A stretch of 64,000 bases of DNA from Phoronis australis (lineage: Eukaryota; Animalia; Phoronida). The DNA is taken from the NCBI GenBank assembly GCA_002633005.1, contig NMRA01000190.1:248001-312000 (forward strand). Direction: 5' to 3'. The notes beneath the pieces were generated by a model. That model ran no database searches. It was not told where the DNA came from and worked only from the letters and a program-made list of their open reading frames with translations. The position numbers were made by a program, and so were the translations under genes. This document shows, in pieces, positions 1-14,051 of this stretch; the stretch's first letter is position 1; each line of letters starts with the position of its first letter.

Positions 1-753
1 TTTAAGTCGGTTGCATTTTTAAGTCATGTTATTTCAGCAGTGCCTGTTGTCTAGTAATAAATGTATAACTTGCTGCTACTGCAATAAACAGATCAAGTGT
101 AACTTTATCATGTTGTCTTTAGATGGACATCCCAACTGGGTTAAATCTTCAAGACAAGCTTGTTTATTGAATGATGTCATGTATATTGTTAAGCTGTAGC
201 CACCTGACGGTTGGTAATGCCACATGATTGCTGTTGTCCAGCATATAACTTGAAGCCACTGACCCCAGAGTTTATGATGGCTGACTTATATGTAAATCAA
301 TGAAGATTGCTTACAACAGGTGAAACTTGATAGTGAGTTCAGCTTCTCCAACTCTCACTTCAAATGGGATGGCCTGCTTGTGGTACGGTGAAGTCTCACC
401 AAGTTTGACGGAATTGCCATAATTGATTGCTTTTTAATTTTAATAGGCTTCTAAGCTAGTTGTGAATACCCACAGATTCTCACAACATTATCCAATGGCA
501 GCTTTTGTGTGTAACTGATAAAACCTTTATTTTGAGCTACTTTTTGAAATGAAGAAATTCACTTGTCTGTCATCTTGTGTCCTGAATGCGTGAGATTTGG
601 CATTATGTCCTCCTCAGTCACACCCAGGTGTTGTACCCAATATCACTGTGGTGTGTATAATTAAATATAACTATTTTGTTGTCCATCCATGACATGATGG
701 ACATGCCAGCGTATGTGTAGGAGTGATGTTTACTATCCATGTTCCTTTTGCAG

Positions 754-830
754 ATGTGGATGAAGACATGAAGGACTACTATAGGAGACAAGGTCTGTGT
801 AAGGGCAAGGAGTGTGACCAGATACATACT
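754..830 (+). CDS. TTC17: TTC17 internal exon (DVDEDMKDYYRRQGLCKGKECDQIHT)
   Basis: ttttgcAG acceptor and GTgagt donor; phase-0 end joins exon 1282; assigned by position, since this region is poorly conserved. Confidence 0.6.
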
Positions 831-1281
831 GTGAGTACTGCATCTGTTTACATGTTACCACGGGTCTCCTCCACCAACAGCCTGTTCAAAGCAAGGTTAC
901 AGTACACCTGACTAGTCAAATTTGGAATTACAAATTAAAATTAGCTATCAAAATTTATTTGAGGAGCACCAATGCCAGTGTGGAAATCTTAGGAGTGAGT
1001 GCTGTGATTGGGGTCTGTTGGAGATTACCCTTGGGCTATTCCATTCGCACCATATTATTCTGTATATATGGAGATCCTAGTACGTTTTTCTGAATAGCCA
1101 CTGTAATGTTTTCACTAAAACCTCGAGACGGCTATGCTGCTTATCATATAGTACAATGTATTCTTTGTTACTTTCTTGATAGACTTCAACAGAAAGGACA
1201 GCTTCCTTGAATGTTTTGTGTTGAGACATCAGTTATAAGTGTATTCTCTCCTGAAATTTTTCACCTTTGTGCTCTTAATAG

Positions 1282-1461
1282 ATCTCATCAAAGGACAAGA
1301 ACCGTCCACACATCAAACTGGAATTCATCAACGGCTTGTGGACGCAGCGCCTCCTATTTGCTGACAAGATAACAGACATCCAGTTTGGTGATTCTGACTG
1401 TATCTTCTTCAACGATGGCTCTCGTACGCCCGCCTGTGATAAGGAGGAGTACAAACCATTT
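1282..1461 (+). CDS. TTC17: TTC17 internal exon (ISSKDKNRPHIKLEF...CIFFNDGSRTPACDKEEYKPF)
   Basis: Polypyrimidine + AG, GTaagt donor, 180 nt open, phase 0-0; assigned by position. Confidence 0.65.
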
Positions 1462-3850
1462 GTAAGTGGTCCCTGTTTTCTGCTTTCTGGTAGAATGGCG
1501 CTTTTCTCGCCTTGTTCTATGCAACTACAAATTTTTCGCTTTTTTCACTTTACACTTTATTCACATCTACAACCTTCGCCTCTTAGGCTGACTCAACTTT
1601 ATTACACTTTGGATTAAGACCACTTAGTACAGGAGATTGACTAGGCTTGGTATGTGGCAGTGCAGAGCTACTGTTATGTTCACAAAACTAATTACCCACA
1701 AGTATGGAATTTTCTTATTTGATGATTTTTTTGTTCATTAAAGTAATTTAATGGTGTAGTGATAGACCTTTATAGAGAAACCTTTTGAACCCAGAGATTC
1801 ATTAGCTACGGAAATCTTATTTAAATTGAGTGTGGCTTTTCATTGGCATTCAGGATCAGGCTGTTTGTGGAAGTATTGTCTGATTGAGACACTACTTCAG
1901 ACGTGGGAAGTTTTTGTTCCGTGATGCCACAGCAACTACCAGAGATGTAGATCTTAAGCACTTGTAGATAAACGTTATTTGTATCGAGGTATAGGTGGGC
2001 CATCTTCGGGCACCAGTCAAATTTGGTTACCTTGATTTCGTTATCAAGGTCATGATGAGGTTTTGGCTCTGGAGAGAACTGTTGTTAGCATGAACACTCA
2101 GGAAGGGAGGTTTACGTTATGTTTATATTTAGTAGTAACGTGAAGGTGGGGCAGCTCCAGGAGGCAGTCGGTTTAGGGTGACCTTGACATCATTTTCAAG
2201 GTTACAGCGTGACGAAAATAAAGTTTTCATTTGGGAAAATGTTGTTTGCGCAATATCTCCTGAAGACATTTTTCAGAAGCCAACTGACTTTGGGCAAACT
2301 TGAATTGGTTTTCAAGGTCATAGCAAGAAATATAAGAGCAGGTCAATGTCTCAACAAGGGATTTTGTTCACACTTTGTACCAAAGTGAAGGTCGAGCATT
2401 GCCAGGAGCTATTGAAATTTGGTGACCTTGACATCATTTTCAAGATCATAACATTGTCTACTTGGAAAATGTCATTGGTGGGTTGTCTCAAGAAGGAAGC
2501 TTTTTTGTTTTGTTCCTATTTTATGCAGAGGTGCAGTTCACAGCAAAAATTGTTGAAGCAACGTCACGCCATGCACTGTTTGAAAGTTTATTTTTAAAGC
2601 AAACTTTTCTTATTTGAGAATTTTCAGAATTGTAATTCCAATATATTTGGTACGGTAATTTTTCACTTGTCTTGCACTGAATTGATTGCCAAAATGATCA
2701 TCTTTCCAGTTTTCAAAGCCTATTACTTTGCTACAAACAATGGAAATTTCTACCAAATGTTGCTTTGTAATATCACAATAGGAACCATGCTACACTAGTA
2801 ATACGTAGACAAATTTGGCAATGTAGAATTTCACTTGAAGGGCATACTGTGTGCTTATAAGTGAACAATTACTGTAATAAAGGGTTTCAGAGGTGTTCAT
2901 CTGGCTTAATTTTTGGACAAAAAATATATTACGACATGAATTTGTAGCCTTGAAAATACTTATGTCCTGATACGGCAATGGACAATTTGGTCACCCTCTG
3001 ACAAATGGTTGGTGAACATGATTTGAAACTGAAATTTGTTTTTTAAGTGTGTGGCAAAAACTTTTTGATTGCAACTTAAAATATTAGAAAATATTGAAGA
3101 TTGTACAGGATTTCACTTGCAGAATAAGATTTTTAGTTTGAAGGTTACATAACATCTTCAAAATGGGTTGGCAGCCCTGCTGTGGGCAGGTGGAGCTGTG
3201 GGCTGTCTTTATGGCTCTTGTTTTTGTTTTAAACCAACTGCAATCATTTTAGCTTGACAATCCATTTGACCATGTGAGGTGGGATGCTATACCTTGGGAG
3301 TGGATTATCAAATACATGTCGAAGGGTGTTCAAGAGGCGTTCCGACAGCACGTAGGTGCCAGCATCTATGAGGGTGCACGGAGTTGGGAATGGGGCGTTC
3401 AAATTTTAGTTATTTTATGTTACTGTTCTGTTAGCATCTTTGTCATGTCATGGACATGGTTGTGTATGTCTGTGGTCCTGTATTTATCCTGGCTGGAATT
3501 TTCCGTTTTCCGTCCCACTTTCTTTTGCCGATACCAAGTTGAAAAGGATTCCGGTGTTCTTTCTTTCCGTATTGTGTTACTTATTACTGGCAACTTGTTT
3601 GCTAAACTAGGAGGGACTGGTGTTTCTCGTGGTGGTGATGGTAATCCTGAGGTCGTTAAGAGCAGCACTAATCACGACAGTTATAGCTGCTGTGATTACT
3701 ATATAATTACTCGATAAAACAAAACATTGTCAGGTGCACTTTGTATTTTATTCAATCTTATACAGAACATTCCTAACCTTGTTCTTGTACGGATGAATTT
3801 CATAGTCCATCAACTTTAGGATAGGGTTATTAAATGTCTAGCACCATATT

Positions 3851-3922
3851 CCATCTGTCCCTCATATTGTGGTCTTGTGTCCCTCATATTGTGGCCATCT
3901 GTTCCTCATATTGTGGCCATCT
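3851..3922. repeat. Minisatellite, ~3 x 22 bp (catctgtccctcatattgtggc)
   Basis: Direct repeats visible. Confidence 0.8.
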
Positions 3923-4180
3923 TCCCTTCTTGTCTTAACTAACATGTGTTCGTGTACTGTTCTGTGGTTGGAAAAAACATTGGGGAAAATGTAGATTTGT
4001 TTTCAGTGTCTCGGTTTTAAAGCTGTGGTCAGTCACTTGCTTTATAGGTCAACTTGACACCCAATCACCTTACCTTGGTGCAAGTGACTGTGACCGCTTG
4101 CTGATCGAAACCAACTTGCTCTAGTGTGCCATATGTGTGCCACCTTTGAACATGGCAGAAATCATGCTAAATCAAGTTAA

Positions 4181-5358
4181 AGGAGAATTCTGGGAATTTG
4201 ACGTTTAACCAAATGTTAGAGCTTGAAATTACAAAATAGATATTAACTGGAGTACCACTTTTGTGGGCCCACATGTGTTTATATGATGTTGACAATGGAT
4301 GATGACGATTTTTGGATGGATCTGACTACTGGTGTGCCCCCTGGTAGCAATTTTAGTTTTACGTTTACCCCTAAACTTCAAAGGTCCTCACTGGATTTTG
4401 AAAAAAATTTGAATACGGGCATCTATTGGCGAGATGACACCATCCTCCCATTTTCCGATGGAATCAAGGTATTTTACGCCCCCTGTTTTCGAATCTATCT
4501 ATCAATCAAATCCTTCTGAGAATTATTTTGAAAATTAGCGTAATATGTTCTCAGTGTGAAGAGGACGGTTGACGATGACAACTTTGACTACTGTGCCGCC
4601 CCCTAGTGGTAGAGCATGATACAATCTATATGCTGAATGCTCGAACAAGCTACGGTAACATAATACAAATGTTTCTCAACAATGCATGTATTCCCAAAGT
4701 CAAAGTTTTTAATACATCTGGTTCAGCTCATTCGAACACGCTCACGTCACAATTGTATTGTATTTTTGTGGATAGGAAACTAGACGAAAAATGAAGCTGT
4801 GTGGATAGAGAAGTTTTTGAAGAATGAGCAGCTGAAAAAGTTATGTTATGGTTGTATTAGTGGAGTCATGTGACTGAGTGGAAAACAATTGGAAAAGGCT
4901 ATCGTCTAGAACTTTTTGAAAACGAAAAGAACTAATGAAAATGGAGCTGTGTACTAGGGCCTAAAACTAACAATGATGGCATACTGAATCTGCAAGGGGC
5001 TAGTTGACAGGTTTGCTGATGGTTTGCAGACCAGCTGGCTGTTTTCTGACCTGTCAGTCAAAAGTTTGTAACTGGTGCTGTTGTTAATATCGAAATGGCC
5101 TAGAAGTAGTTAGGAATTACCAGGCTTTTGCAAACAAAAACTGGCAATCGAATTACTAAGCAAGTGATAAAATGAAGGTTTTGCAATAGGTAAATACAGT
5201 GTAGATAAGTGATGGACTATTGCGATGTCAGCTTCAGGTATCGCGAATGAACAATTAATTTTAACCATTTTATCTTCTACAGCATGTTATCCAGCCATCT
5301 TGTACATCGTTTTTTGCTCGAACATTCAGCTAAGGTCCAAAAATCCCAGAATTTCCCT
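4181..5358. mobile_element. Non-autonomous DNA element with imperfect TIRs (TTAA|AGG end, Kolobok-like)
   Basis: aggagaattctgggaatttg... at left vs ...caaaaatcccagaatttccct at right. Confidence 0.45.
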
Positions 5359-7092
5359 TTGACCTGATGCTAATCGTTGTGTGACCAACCACCTGGTGCA
5401 AGGCAGAAAGGTTGTGATGCAATGTGCACAGTGTGTGGTCATCCATCTGATTCTCATGTCATTTTGCTGAGCCATGTGTGGTGCAATTTGCAGGTCAGAC
5501 TGGATCAGTGGTGACAGTATGAATGCCTGCTGTTCTTATTGAAAGTTGATTGGCTGTCAAGATGCACTTGATGATCACGACTGTCATGAGTGCATTATAT
5601 AGACACTACTGTCTCAACTCATTACATGTGAAGAAGTGAGGCATAGACACCTGCAGTCTTTGCAGAGAATCTAGAAAGCAGATTGTCTACTGAAAGCAGA
5701 TTATCCACTGAAATCACTTTTCAGAGTGGACAATTATGACTGAACCAAGCTGTGTGTTCTACTTTCTTTTATTCAGTGTACTCCTGTCTGTGTATACTAA
5801 TTCTTACAGCTGATTCACTGTGGTTGCTCTTGTTTTGGGGAATAGCAGAACGAGACAAATGTTCGTATTGGCATTCTGCCTTTCTTAATGTCTACTGGGT
5901 CTTCTGTTTTGCCACTGTTCTACAAATTGTGTAACTATCCCACATCGCCCTGTTCTAGTTTGGCACAGCGTAACTGAGACGGAACATTCACAAAACATGT
6001 CCACAGTTTGTAAGTAGTCCCACTGTTGTGCGACTCGTTGAGTGCATGCGTTCACCTGGCAGTTGTCTCCCCTTAGACGCTGGTAGTCTCGACGTCGTCA
6101 CTGTCATCCTGAGCGTGTACTGCTGGTGTTCTTGTTGTTGTTATAATTGTTGTTGTTCTGACATGCTGACAAGTGTAACAAAGTTGGAAAATTTATGAGG
6201 ACCACGCTCCCAACTCAAAGATTGGTTCGCTTNCCTTTGACCTGATGCTAATCATTGTGTGACCAACCACCTGGTGCAAGGCAGAAAGGTTGTGATGCAA
6301 TGTGCACAATGTGTGGTCATCCATCTGATTCTCATGTCATTTTGCTGAGCCATGTGTGGTGCAATTTGCACGTCAGACTGGATCAGTGGTGACAGTATGA
6401 ATGCCTGCTGTTCTTATTGAAAGTTGATTGGCTGTCAAGATGCACTTGATGATCAGGACTGTCTTGAGTGCATTATATAGACACTACTGTCTCAACTCAT
6501 TACATGTGAAGAAGTGAGGCATAGACACCTACAGTCTTTGCAGAGAATCTAGAAAGCATATTATCCACTGAAATCACTTTTCAGAGTGGACAATTATGAC
6601 TGAACTAAGCTGTGTGTTATACTTTCTTTTATTCAGTGTACTCCTGTCTGTGTATACTAATTCTTACAGCTGATTCACTATGGTTGCTCTTGTTTTGGGG
6701 AATAGCAGAACGAGACAAATGTTCGTATTGGCATTCTGCCTTTCTTAATGTCTACTGGGTCTTCTGTTTTGCCACTGTTCTACAAATTGTGTAACCATCC
6801 CACATCGCCCTGTTCTAGTTTGGCACAGCGTAACTGAGACGGAACATTCACAAAACATGTCCACAGTTTGTAAGTAGTCCCACTGTTGTGCGACTCGTTG
6901 AGTGCATGCGTTCACCTGGCAGTTGTCTCCCCTTAGACGCTGGTAGTCTCGACGTCGTCACTGTCATCCTGAGCGTGTACTACTGGTGTTCTTGTTGTTG
7001 TTATAATTGTTGTTGTTCTGACATGCTGACAAGTGTAACAAAGTTGGAAAATTTATGAGGACCACGCTCCCAACTCAAAGATTGGTTCGCTT
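5356..7092. repeat. Near-identical ~870 bp direct duplication (5356-6232 / 6234-7092) joined by a single N
   Basis: Copies differ by SNPs and a short indel; N at 6233. Confidence 0.9.
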
Positions 7093-9783
7093 GCAAAGAC
7101 TTATAGGGTTGGTCAACATTAAGAAGGGTTTTGTAAGTTTGGTGATGTTAGTGATTTCACCCATTTATAGAAATCGATTTCTGGGGGAGCTCTTTCACAT
7201 TAGGGTTGTGGTGACGTGTTCAGAAACAGAGTATGAAAAGTCCTCTATGGGGGCTCTTGGAACCATTTGAAATATTGGACAGAGAATGGATTCCCTGTGA
7301 CATGGTAACGTTCTGTTGCTGTAACGTTTTTTAATGTTTTGAGAATTCTGTGACCAAATTTTGACGTGTAGTTCGAGTTAGTGTTTTGTTGAGTTTATTC
7401 TATGTCGCATCGTTTTTTCACAAATTGTAAAATCAAGAAAGTCATTGTTATCAATGAAAAATATTGCATCTCGCATATGTGTCGAAAATTTAGTTGGTGC
7501 GACTTGTACATGCAAAAAAATATTGAAAAAGGTGCAACAATTCAGGCTTCCCTGTGAAATTTTGAAGTTTTGAGATCTGATAAATAAATTTATTGTGACT
7601 TGTCGTTAAATGACATCAGTCCATTCTTTCATGTGGGAAATGAGAATGAGGTATCAATATTTCTCAGAATATTTCCTCTTTAAAGACCATCAAAATATTT
7701 CATGTTGCTCACTTGTCTACAGAAGCATTGTCAGCTTTTCCTAAGCCTAGGCTGCATACTTGATGTTCAGCAGTGTTTAAAGGAAAATTTTTGGATTTTT
7801 GGATGATGGGGTAAATAATAGGAACTAAAATGACTTGGATAACTAGAGACCATGATTTTAGTAAACAATTAGTCGAAATCCACACTTTCCCAAAATTGAA
7901 AGTCGTTACTTGAATTCACGGTCTTTTTCTCCCATTTAGTGTTATTACAAAATGGCCGTTTTGGTTTCTCCACGTTGCTCAAGTCATCAGCCAGTTCCTG
8001 GATCTGGTAATGCAGTGAACACTTCTGTCAGTATTTCTTCCGAGTTTTAGGAATTGTGAAATCCAACAACAGAGGGCTTTGATAAGCGTGCCCGGATCGG
8101 ATTCAGAAATGTCAGAAATGTAAGCTCTAGTCCATAGTGTAATTGTTCCGAGTGATGAGTACTTCTTCCACTGGGATGCGGTAGAGAGCTACCAGTTTGA
8201 ACCGAGCTCTACTGAGTAAGAGTGTGTAACTCTGTTCAAATTGAGCAACACACTGGTAATGTATTCAGCCGGGTACGCAACAACTCACTCGCTCTATTCT
8301 GCGTGCTTGCATTTACCGAGTCCAGCTCCAGCACGTCAGTGGACTCAGTCTGTTGTTGGATTACAAATATAACAACAATTTACAATTTGAAGAACTGTCA
8401 CGAATTATTCTCCTCGATTTTAAGTACAGGACTTGAGAAATTGCGAACAAAGACAGCAATTTTGCAATTGCATAAAATACCTGTGAATTCATGTGACGTC
8501 GATTTCCGGTTTTGGGAAAGCTTGGATTTCGACGAATTATTTTTTTCAAGGTGGAATCCAGTTATCTAAAAAGTTGTTTGAGTTCCTTTTAATACCCAAA
8601 TGCCAAAAAGTCCTAGAAGTTTCCTGTAACCAGTCTTCCTCCTTTGTTGCTGTAGTGTTGCTATTGTATTGTCTGCTTTGATTTTACAGGTGTCAGGCTG
8701 AATTATGTTATTTCGAGTCACTGAAGTCTTGTATTCGTATTTGTTTGTTTTACCCTCCAGATTTCGGAAACTCGACAGGAGTATGGCCCGGAAATGCCCG
8801 TCAGCCGAGAGTATCGTTTGATCCTGCCCAACCCGGTAAATGCCTTGCTCTTCTTGACATTCAGTCTTAATTCCTCGAGGCAGTTGCCATAACAACCAAA
8901 TAATGTGCATCGCCAAGGCGACACTGTCCCGTTTCTTGCTTGCCAACTTTGCCGTATCGCATTTTGGCTTGTTGTGTTGCATGACTAGTCTGTGTCCAAA
9001 ACATGTTTGTCGTTGTCGTGTAGATTTTGTTTGATTTATGGCGACGCTAGTTCATTGTGTATCTGTTGTTTGCCTCAGTCAGGGCTAAACTCGCTTTCAC
9101 TTGTTTTTTACCTTTTCTGTTTACTTCTGGTACATACTCGGGATGAGCGTAGGATTATTTTCACTTCATGATTGTCAAGTGCAAGTTAGTGTTTGATGAC
9201 CCCTAAATTTGACCTGCAATCTCTTAGTTCAAACTCAATATTTCGAATTCAGACTTTGTTAAACTTATACTCAGCTAGATGTTCAAGACATCCATTAACT
9301 CTCAAGGGCAAAATAATAAACACAATGTTTTAAGTTTTTATTTTGTATGTGGTTCTGAAATTATCAAACGTGGCTCGAAGTCAGATTGGTTACATCATAT
9401 ATGACTAGTTGATGTTGATTATAGGTTTAGTGAAAACCTAGAAGTCAGTCATATGGAAAGTAATTCCAAATCATTCAACAATTAGCCAAAACATCATTTC
9501 GCTCAATGATTGTCGATGAGACAAGATTTATTGTTTTGCTCTCCAACCTGTTCTAATTGTACTAGTAGTTGAAAGACCCTGTATGTCTTGTTCAGTGCAA
9601 TTATTTCTATCGTTTTGTTACCTGTCATTTAACTGACTGTTTTATCAAATTTAGTTTGAAACTCGAGGTAAGATGCAAACCTACTGTTTTCTGGCATGCT
9701 TAGTTATGTCTGAGATTGGTTTAATGTAACCTTAAACTCACAGTGTTTCTATTTTAAATTTAAAATGACATAGGTCGAGACCG

Positions 9784-9984
9784 GATAAAAATGTAGAAAC
9801 AGATAAAACTCCTTAAAATCTGGTAAAATCGTATATTAAAAAACACTAGCTTTCGAGTCTTAAATAAATGGGTGCAGTTGGCTTGCTCATATCAATCTGC
9901 CACTTTAGTTAACACCTGAAGAAGAGTCGTACCAATTAGGCTCGAAAGCTAGTATAATTTTACCTGTTTTTACATTTTCTACTT
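9784..9984 (+). mobile_element. Penelope-like element terminal-repeat remnant with inverted arms
   Basis: actagctttcgagtc (9845-9859) is the inverse of ggctcgaaagctagt (9939-9953); flanking T-rich arms are also inverted. Confidence 0.55.
9911..9956 (+). ncRNA. Minimal type I hammerhead ribozyme core (partly decayed)
   Basis: AACAC-CUGAAGA-A-GAGUC/loop/GGCUC-GAAA-GC-U-A-GUAUA. Confidence 0.6.
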
Positions 9985-10872
9985 TAGAACTATTTTGAAC
10001 CCATTTTCTGTCTGAAAGTAGGATGCGTTATTTCATCCAGTTTCATGTCTCCGCATGTTTCTTACTCAGAGATTGCAAGAACTGACAGACAGCCAGGCTC
10101 AACAAACTGGTCTGTTGCAGCGTCTCATTTTGTGCCCAAAGCATCAGTCTTGAGCAATTGCAAAGTGGCAGTTCTTTGTAAGCTCTGAGATGAGTTCTAA
10201 TCTGAGTATAGAACATGACGGGACTGGTGTGAACTGAGGGTAACTGATCTAAGTGTCTGAGCTGTTAAGAGTTTTTGGTGGAGGGGGATCATGGTCAACT
10301 GTTTTATGGATTCAGTACTTTATAACCATGCGATACCAAAGAATGTGAATTAGGTTTCAAGTATTGTTGTTTGGCATTTTGACCCTAACTCAAATTAATC
10401 TTTTTGCCAAAGATATTTGTGTCATGGTCCCGATCGGGAAATACAATTTGTTTTTTCTTGAATTGTCGTTTTGGAACTTATTAGTCGTGACTAGGTAGCA
10501 CGTGTAAAGAGGCAAGGAAGAGGCACTGGTCACATGCAGAGTTCAAATTAAGTCATGTTGTTGCGACAATAACGCAATTTTATTGTGACAGGTACAAAGC
10601 CCACCACACAGTCACGGTCTTTGGGCCTACCTAACTTTTCAAGCTTTTCCCAGCACTTTCCAGGTCTCGTAACTGGAAAGATGACCTCTGGTCCCTTTCA
10701 CTGTCCAACTTCCAGTTCCCATAATATTCTTGAAAGTCGCTCGTATTCCAGTTTTGATGGGACCTAGAGTACACAATAGTCTCAACCAACTTTGAACTCT
10801 GTATGTGTGATTGTCTCTATTTTACCAGTCTCACCAGGCAATTATTAATTTTAATGTTTTTTCCATGACTAG

Positions 10873-11161
10873 AATCCCATGATGGACTCTGCGAAACGCC
10901 TGAAGAAAGTCGCTAGCAACAAATCAAAGAAGTCTAACCCAACTGTCAAACAGCCTACCATAGTCAGTAACAAGAACATCAACATAAACAAGAAAAAGAG
11001 CAAGAACAAGAAAAATAACGAGAACCTCAAGAGTTCACAAAATATTGCCCCACCCTGCCAACAGAAGAATTGTGGAGCGGAGATCTTGGACGACCCGGAC
11101 CTTCCAGAAATAGAAGACTCTGAATTGCCTGGTAGTATAGAGTTATCATTCGATGATGTGG
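10873..11161 (+). CDS. TTC17: TTC17 Lys/Asn-rich then acidic exon (NPMMDSAKRLKK...LDDPDLPEIEDSELPGSIELSFDDV)
   Basis: tAG acceptor after a T-rich tract, phase 0; 3' end uncertain (phase-1 donor after 11131 or 11161). Confidence 0.6.
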
Positions 11162-12576
11162 GTTGGATAACTTGCATTGTGTTGAAAACTGATGTGTGCT
11201 CTTCTTTTGTGTCATTAAGTAGATTTTTACTTAGGCCACTTACTGCGCTACAAAATTAGTGTCAATGTGTTCTTCACTCTAGTTGGAAGAGGATTCTGAT
11301 AAAGTGACATGTTGTTTATTGTGTGAGACGAGGCTCATCGTGTTCACGTGACCCATCTGGTCATTTTTGCATCGATTTATAGTCTACAGAGCTTGGAATT
11401 TTCTTCTTTTAAGAAGATTATCTCTTTTTTGGTTTTGATTTCCTCTTATTTGATCTTCCTCTTTTTGCGTCTCTTTTTTATCAGTATTTTGACTTCATTC
11501 ATGTACAAATGTTTATTTTATTTAAAAAATTATTTGTATCACGCAAGCTTATATATTTGTGGAACGACACATCACCTGGAAAATTTTCCTCTTTTTTGTC
11601 ATTGGTCATTCCAAGCTCTGATTCTAAGCAAGTAGGAACGTACTGTTTGTGTTTGCCAAGCCTTCTTACATAAGTAAGGAACAAGGTGAAAACACGGTTA
11701 ATTGATAAGTTGTGTAAATGTTATATTAGTCTTTTTGGATCCAATTTGTGCAATTTTTGTCTGTGTGCAAAAAGCAGTTATTTGGTTAGTTGCTGACATC
11801 ATTCCTAGAAAGGAAGAAGACATGCCTAGAATTTTTAAACAGCGTAAATATGAGGCACAACCATACATGGAATATGATCACCATGGCCCATCAGTTGATC
11901 ACAAAATAAAAAGAACAGAACGTAGACAATTAGATCACTTAATAATTCTTTTCACATGGATTGTGTTCTTTGTTTTTGCTTATTCAATGGATTTCATTGC
12001 TCAGTGGCACTGATGCATTGTGGGACGGTTGTCGACTCGTAAACTTTCGGTGACGTCAGAAAAGCTTGAAGACTTGAAAACAAATCTTTTGTGTGGTTCG
12101 ATCATGCTGAAATAACTGTCACCTCTTTAAATACCAAGTTTGCATTCCATAGACCCAAGGCAAAGTGTTATAATGCATAATTACGCAAGACTTTCTAAGG
12201 TATTGCCATGTATTACTAGTAAAGGTTGTGATCACACAAGCTTTAGTTGTTAAATTATTTCACCAAGTGAACGTAACATTCTCGGTGTCTCCAAGTTTTC
12301 AGTGATGTCACCAGATGTTTAGGAGCCCACAGCCGTCCCCGAATGCAAATGAAAAGCAACGCCAGTGCCATTGACGAAGTTTCTGAATTGGAAATTCATT
12401 TATTTAGTGAATATGCTTCTTGTTGAACAAATTTCTGTTTCAAATTGATCCACTATCTGGGAAGAAACTTTACCCACCCAACCTTGGTCCTAGGCAGTTA
12501 ACTACTACCTAGCTTTGAAGATGTTGCCAATGTATTACTATGAAACCCCTAAATATATTCTTTCTATTTCCGGCAG

Positions 12577-12706
12577 ATACCAGTGTGCACATCAAACAGA
12601 GGCTGTCACTAGCACCCCCTACACTGGACGAGTGTGAAGCCACGAAGCCGGTGGACTTTAGCGCGTTCAGTAGCACATGGCTAGACATGTCCAGCAAGGG
12701 CATCAA
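12577..12706 (+). CDS. TTC17: TTC17 exon (DTSVHIKQRLSLAPPTLDECEATKPVDFSAFSSTWLDMSSKGI)
   Basis: cAG/GTatgt; matches the TTC17 motif P..DEC...V......STWL..SSK.I as I recall it from vertebrate TTC17. Confidence 0.88.
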
Positions 12707-12808
12707 GTATGTCATCAGTGATATGATACACTATTTGAACCATGGCGAATTAACCAGTAGTTGTTTCATTGTAAAATACTTTCCTGTTATACTTTTTGGT
12801 TTTCCGTA

Positions 12809-12920
12809 GAATAATTGTAGTGTTTCCATGGAATAATTGTAGTGTTTCCATGGAATAATTGTAGTGTTTCCATGGAATAATTGTAGTGTTTCCATGGAAT
12901 AATTGTAGTGTTTCCATGGA
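12809..12920. repeat. Minisatellite 5 x 22 bp (gaataattgtagtgtttccatg)
   Basis: Perfect tandem units with no spacers. Confidence 0.95.
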
Positions 12921-13349
12921 GCTGTTGTCAGTGTATGTTTCCACAACAAACAGCTCAACTTTGTTTGTCCATCAACAGGTGACACTTCTCAAGGTCACTG
13001 TACTTAAGTGCTCCTCTATCTAATCCAGGGGTTGTGAACATTTCTTATAAGTGCCTGGGGTTTTACCTGGATACTGTTTTACACTCATTTGGTTGTTAAA
13101 GAAACTTTCTCAGGTATAGTTCAGCATTGAAAAAGTGTCCGTCATTTTTCTGAATCAGTCTGGCATGATATTGCTTTTCCTTTCTAATCTTTCCAAATCT
13201 AATATGTCTTTCTATGGACGTTTTCATCATTTGCTCAATACCAGCGTGTCAAATCATTTTGTGTTTATATCCAATCTTTTTACACCTTACTTTGTGTTTG
13301 TCATGCCCATATGTTTGTGCCTATTGAAGAACTTTGGTTTTCTTCGCAG

Positions 13350-13704
13350 TCTTTCAGATCATGTCAACTTTGATGATGAAATTCGTGGCGAGCTGAAAGA
13401 TCCTGAATGTCAGGCGGAGTTTGGCGCTAGTGCCCAGTCTCTCGACTTCCTGAAGAGTATTGCCGATCGTGATCACCTGGCATATGCGGGTGAGAGTGGT
13501 CTCAGGGACGTGCTGCGGACTCTGGGAGGGGTCAGCCAGCCGGTGGAGGTGATTGGTGCCAGAATCGGGCGCGCTCTTGAGCGCCAACCTCACTCGTGGG
13601 TGCTGGGGGTGCTAGCTGCGCTCTACTGGCGTGTGGAGGGCGACGCATCACGTTCCATAAACTGCCTGCGTGCCTCCCTACATACTGCCCCTCCTGAGAT
13701 GAAG
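13350..13704 (+). CDS. TTC17: TTC17 exon, C-terminal TPR region (LSDHVNF...SWVLGVLAALYWRVEGDASRSINCLRASLHTAPPEMK)
   Basis: Diagnostic SWVL...AALYWRV.G.....CLR..LH.AP..MK motif; phase 2-0 consistent with flanking exons. Confidence 0.95.
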
Positions 13705-14051
13705 GTATGTGGAATGTAGTGATGGTAGTTGGACTGTTAGGAAGAATAATGACAATAACTTACACACTAGAGTAGACTGGAGGTCCAACAGTTAATGTTC
13801 AAGGCTTCTGGGCCACTGTGTTCTGCTAGTAATAAGTAAAGATCGAGATGTACACCTGTGTAAGTTCAGTACACTTGTTTGAAAGATTCATCTGTGAAAA
13901 TTGTTTAATTAGTTGTGAAGGCACATGTCAAGCAAGTCCTTAGGGAATTAATTTTTGAATTTTCTTCCTTAACACTTTACTGAGTTTTTGTTGAGAAGAT
14001 GTTTAAGTCAGTGGGTAAACGTCTGTATCTTAAGTTGCATTTCCATTGCAG

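Noticed and set aside
3274-3717. Overlapping 147-aa and 82-aa ORFs as a nested gene
   Set aside because: No recognisable motif and no supporting exon chain
5356-7092. Recent tandem duplication with twin 60-aa ORFs
   Set aside because: Copies abut a single N and differ at allelic level; likely uncollapsed haplotypes, and the ORFs have no coding signature
12809-12920. CRISPR-like regular repeats
   Set aside because: Head-to-tail 22-mers with no spacers, in a eukaryotic intron, with no cas genes: a minisatellite
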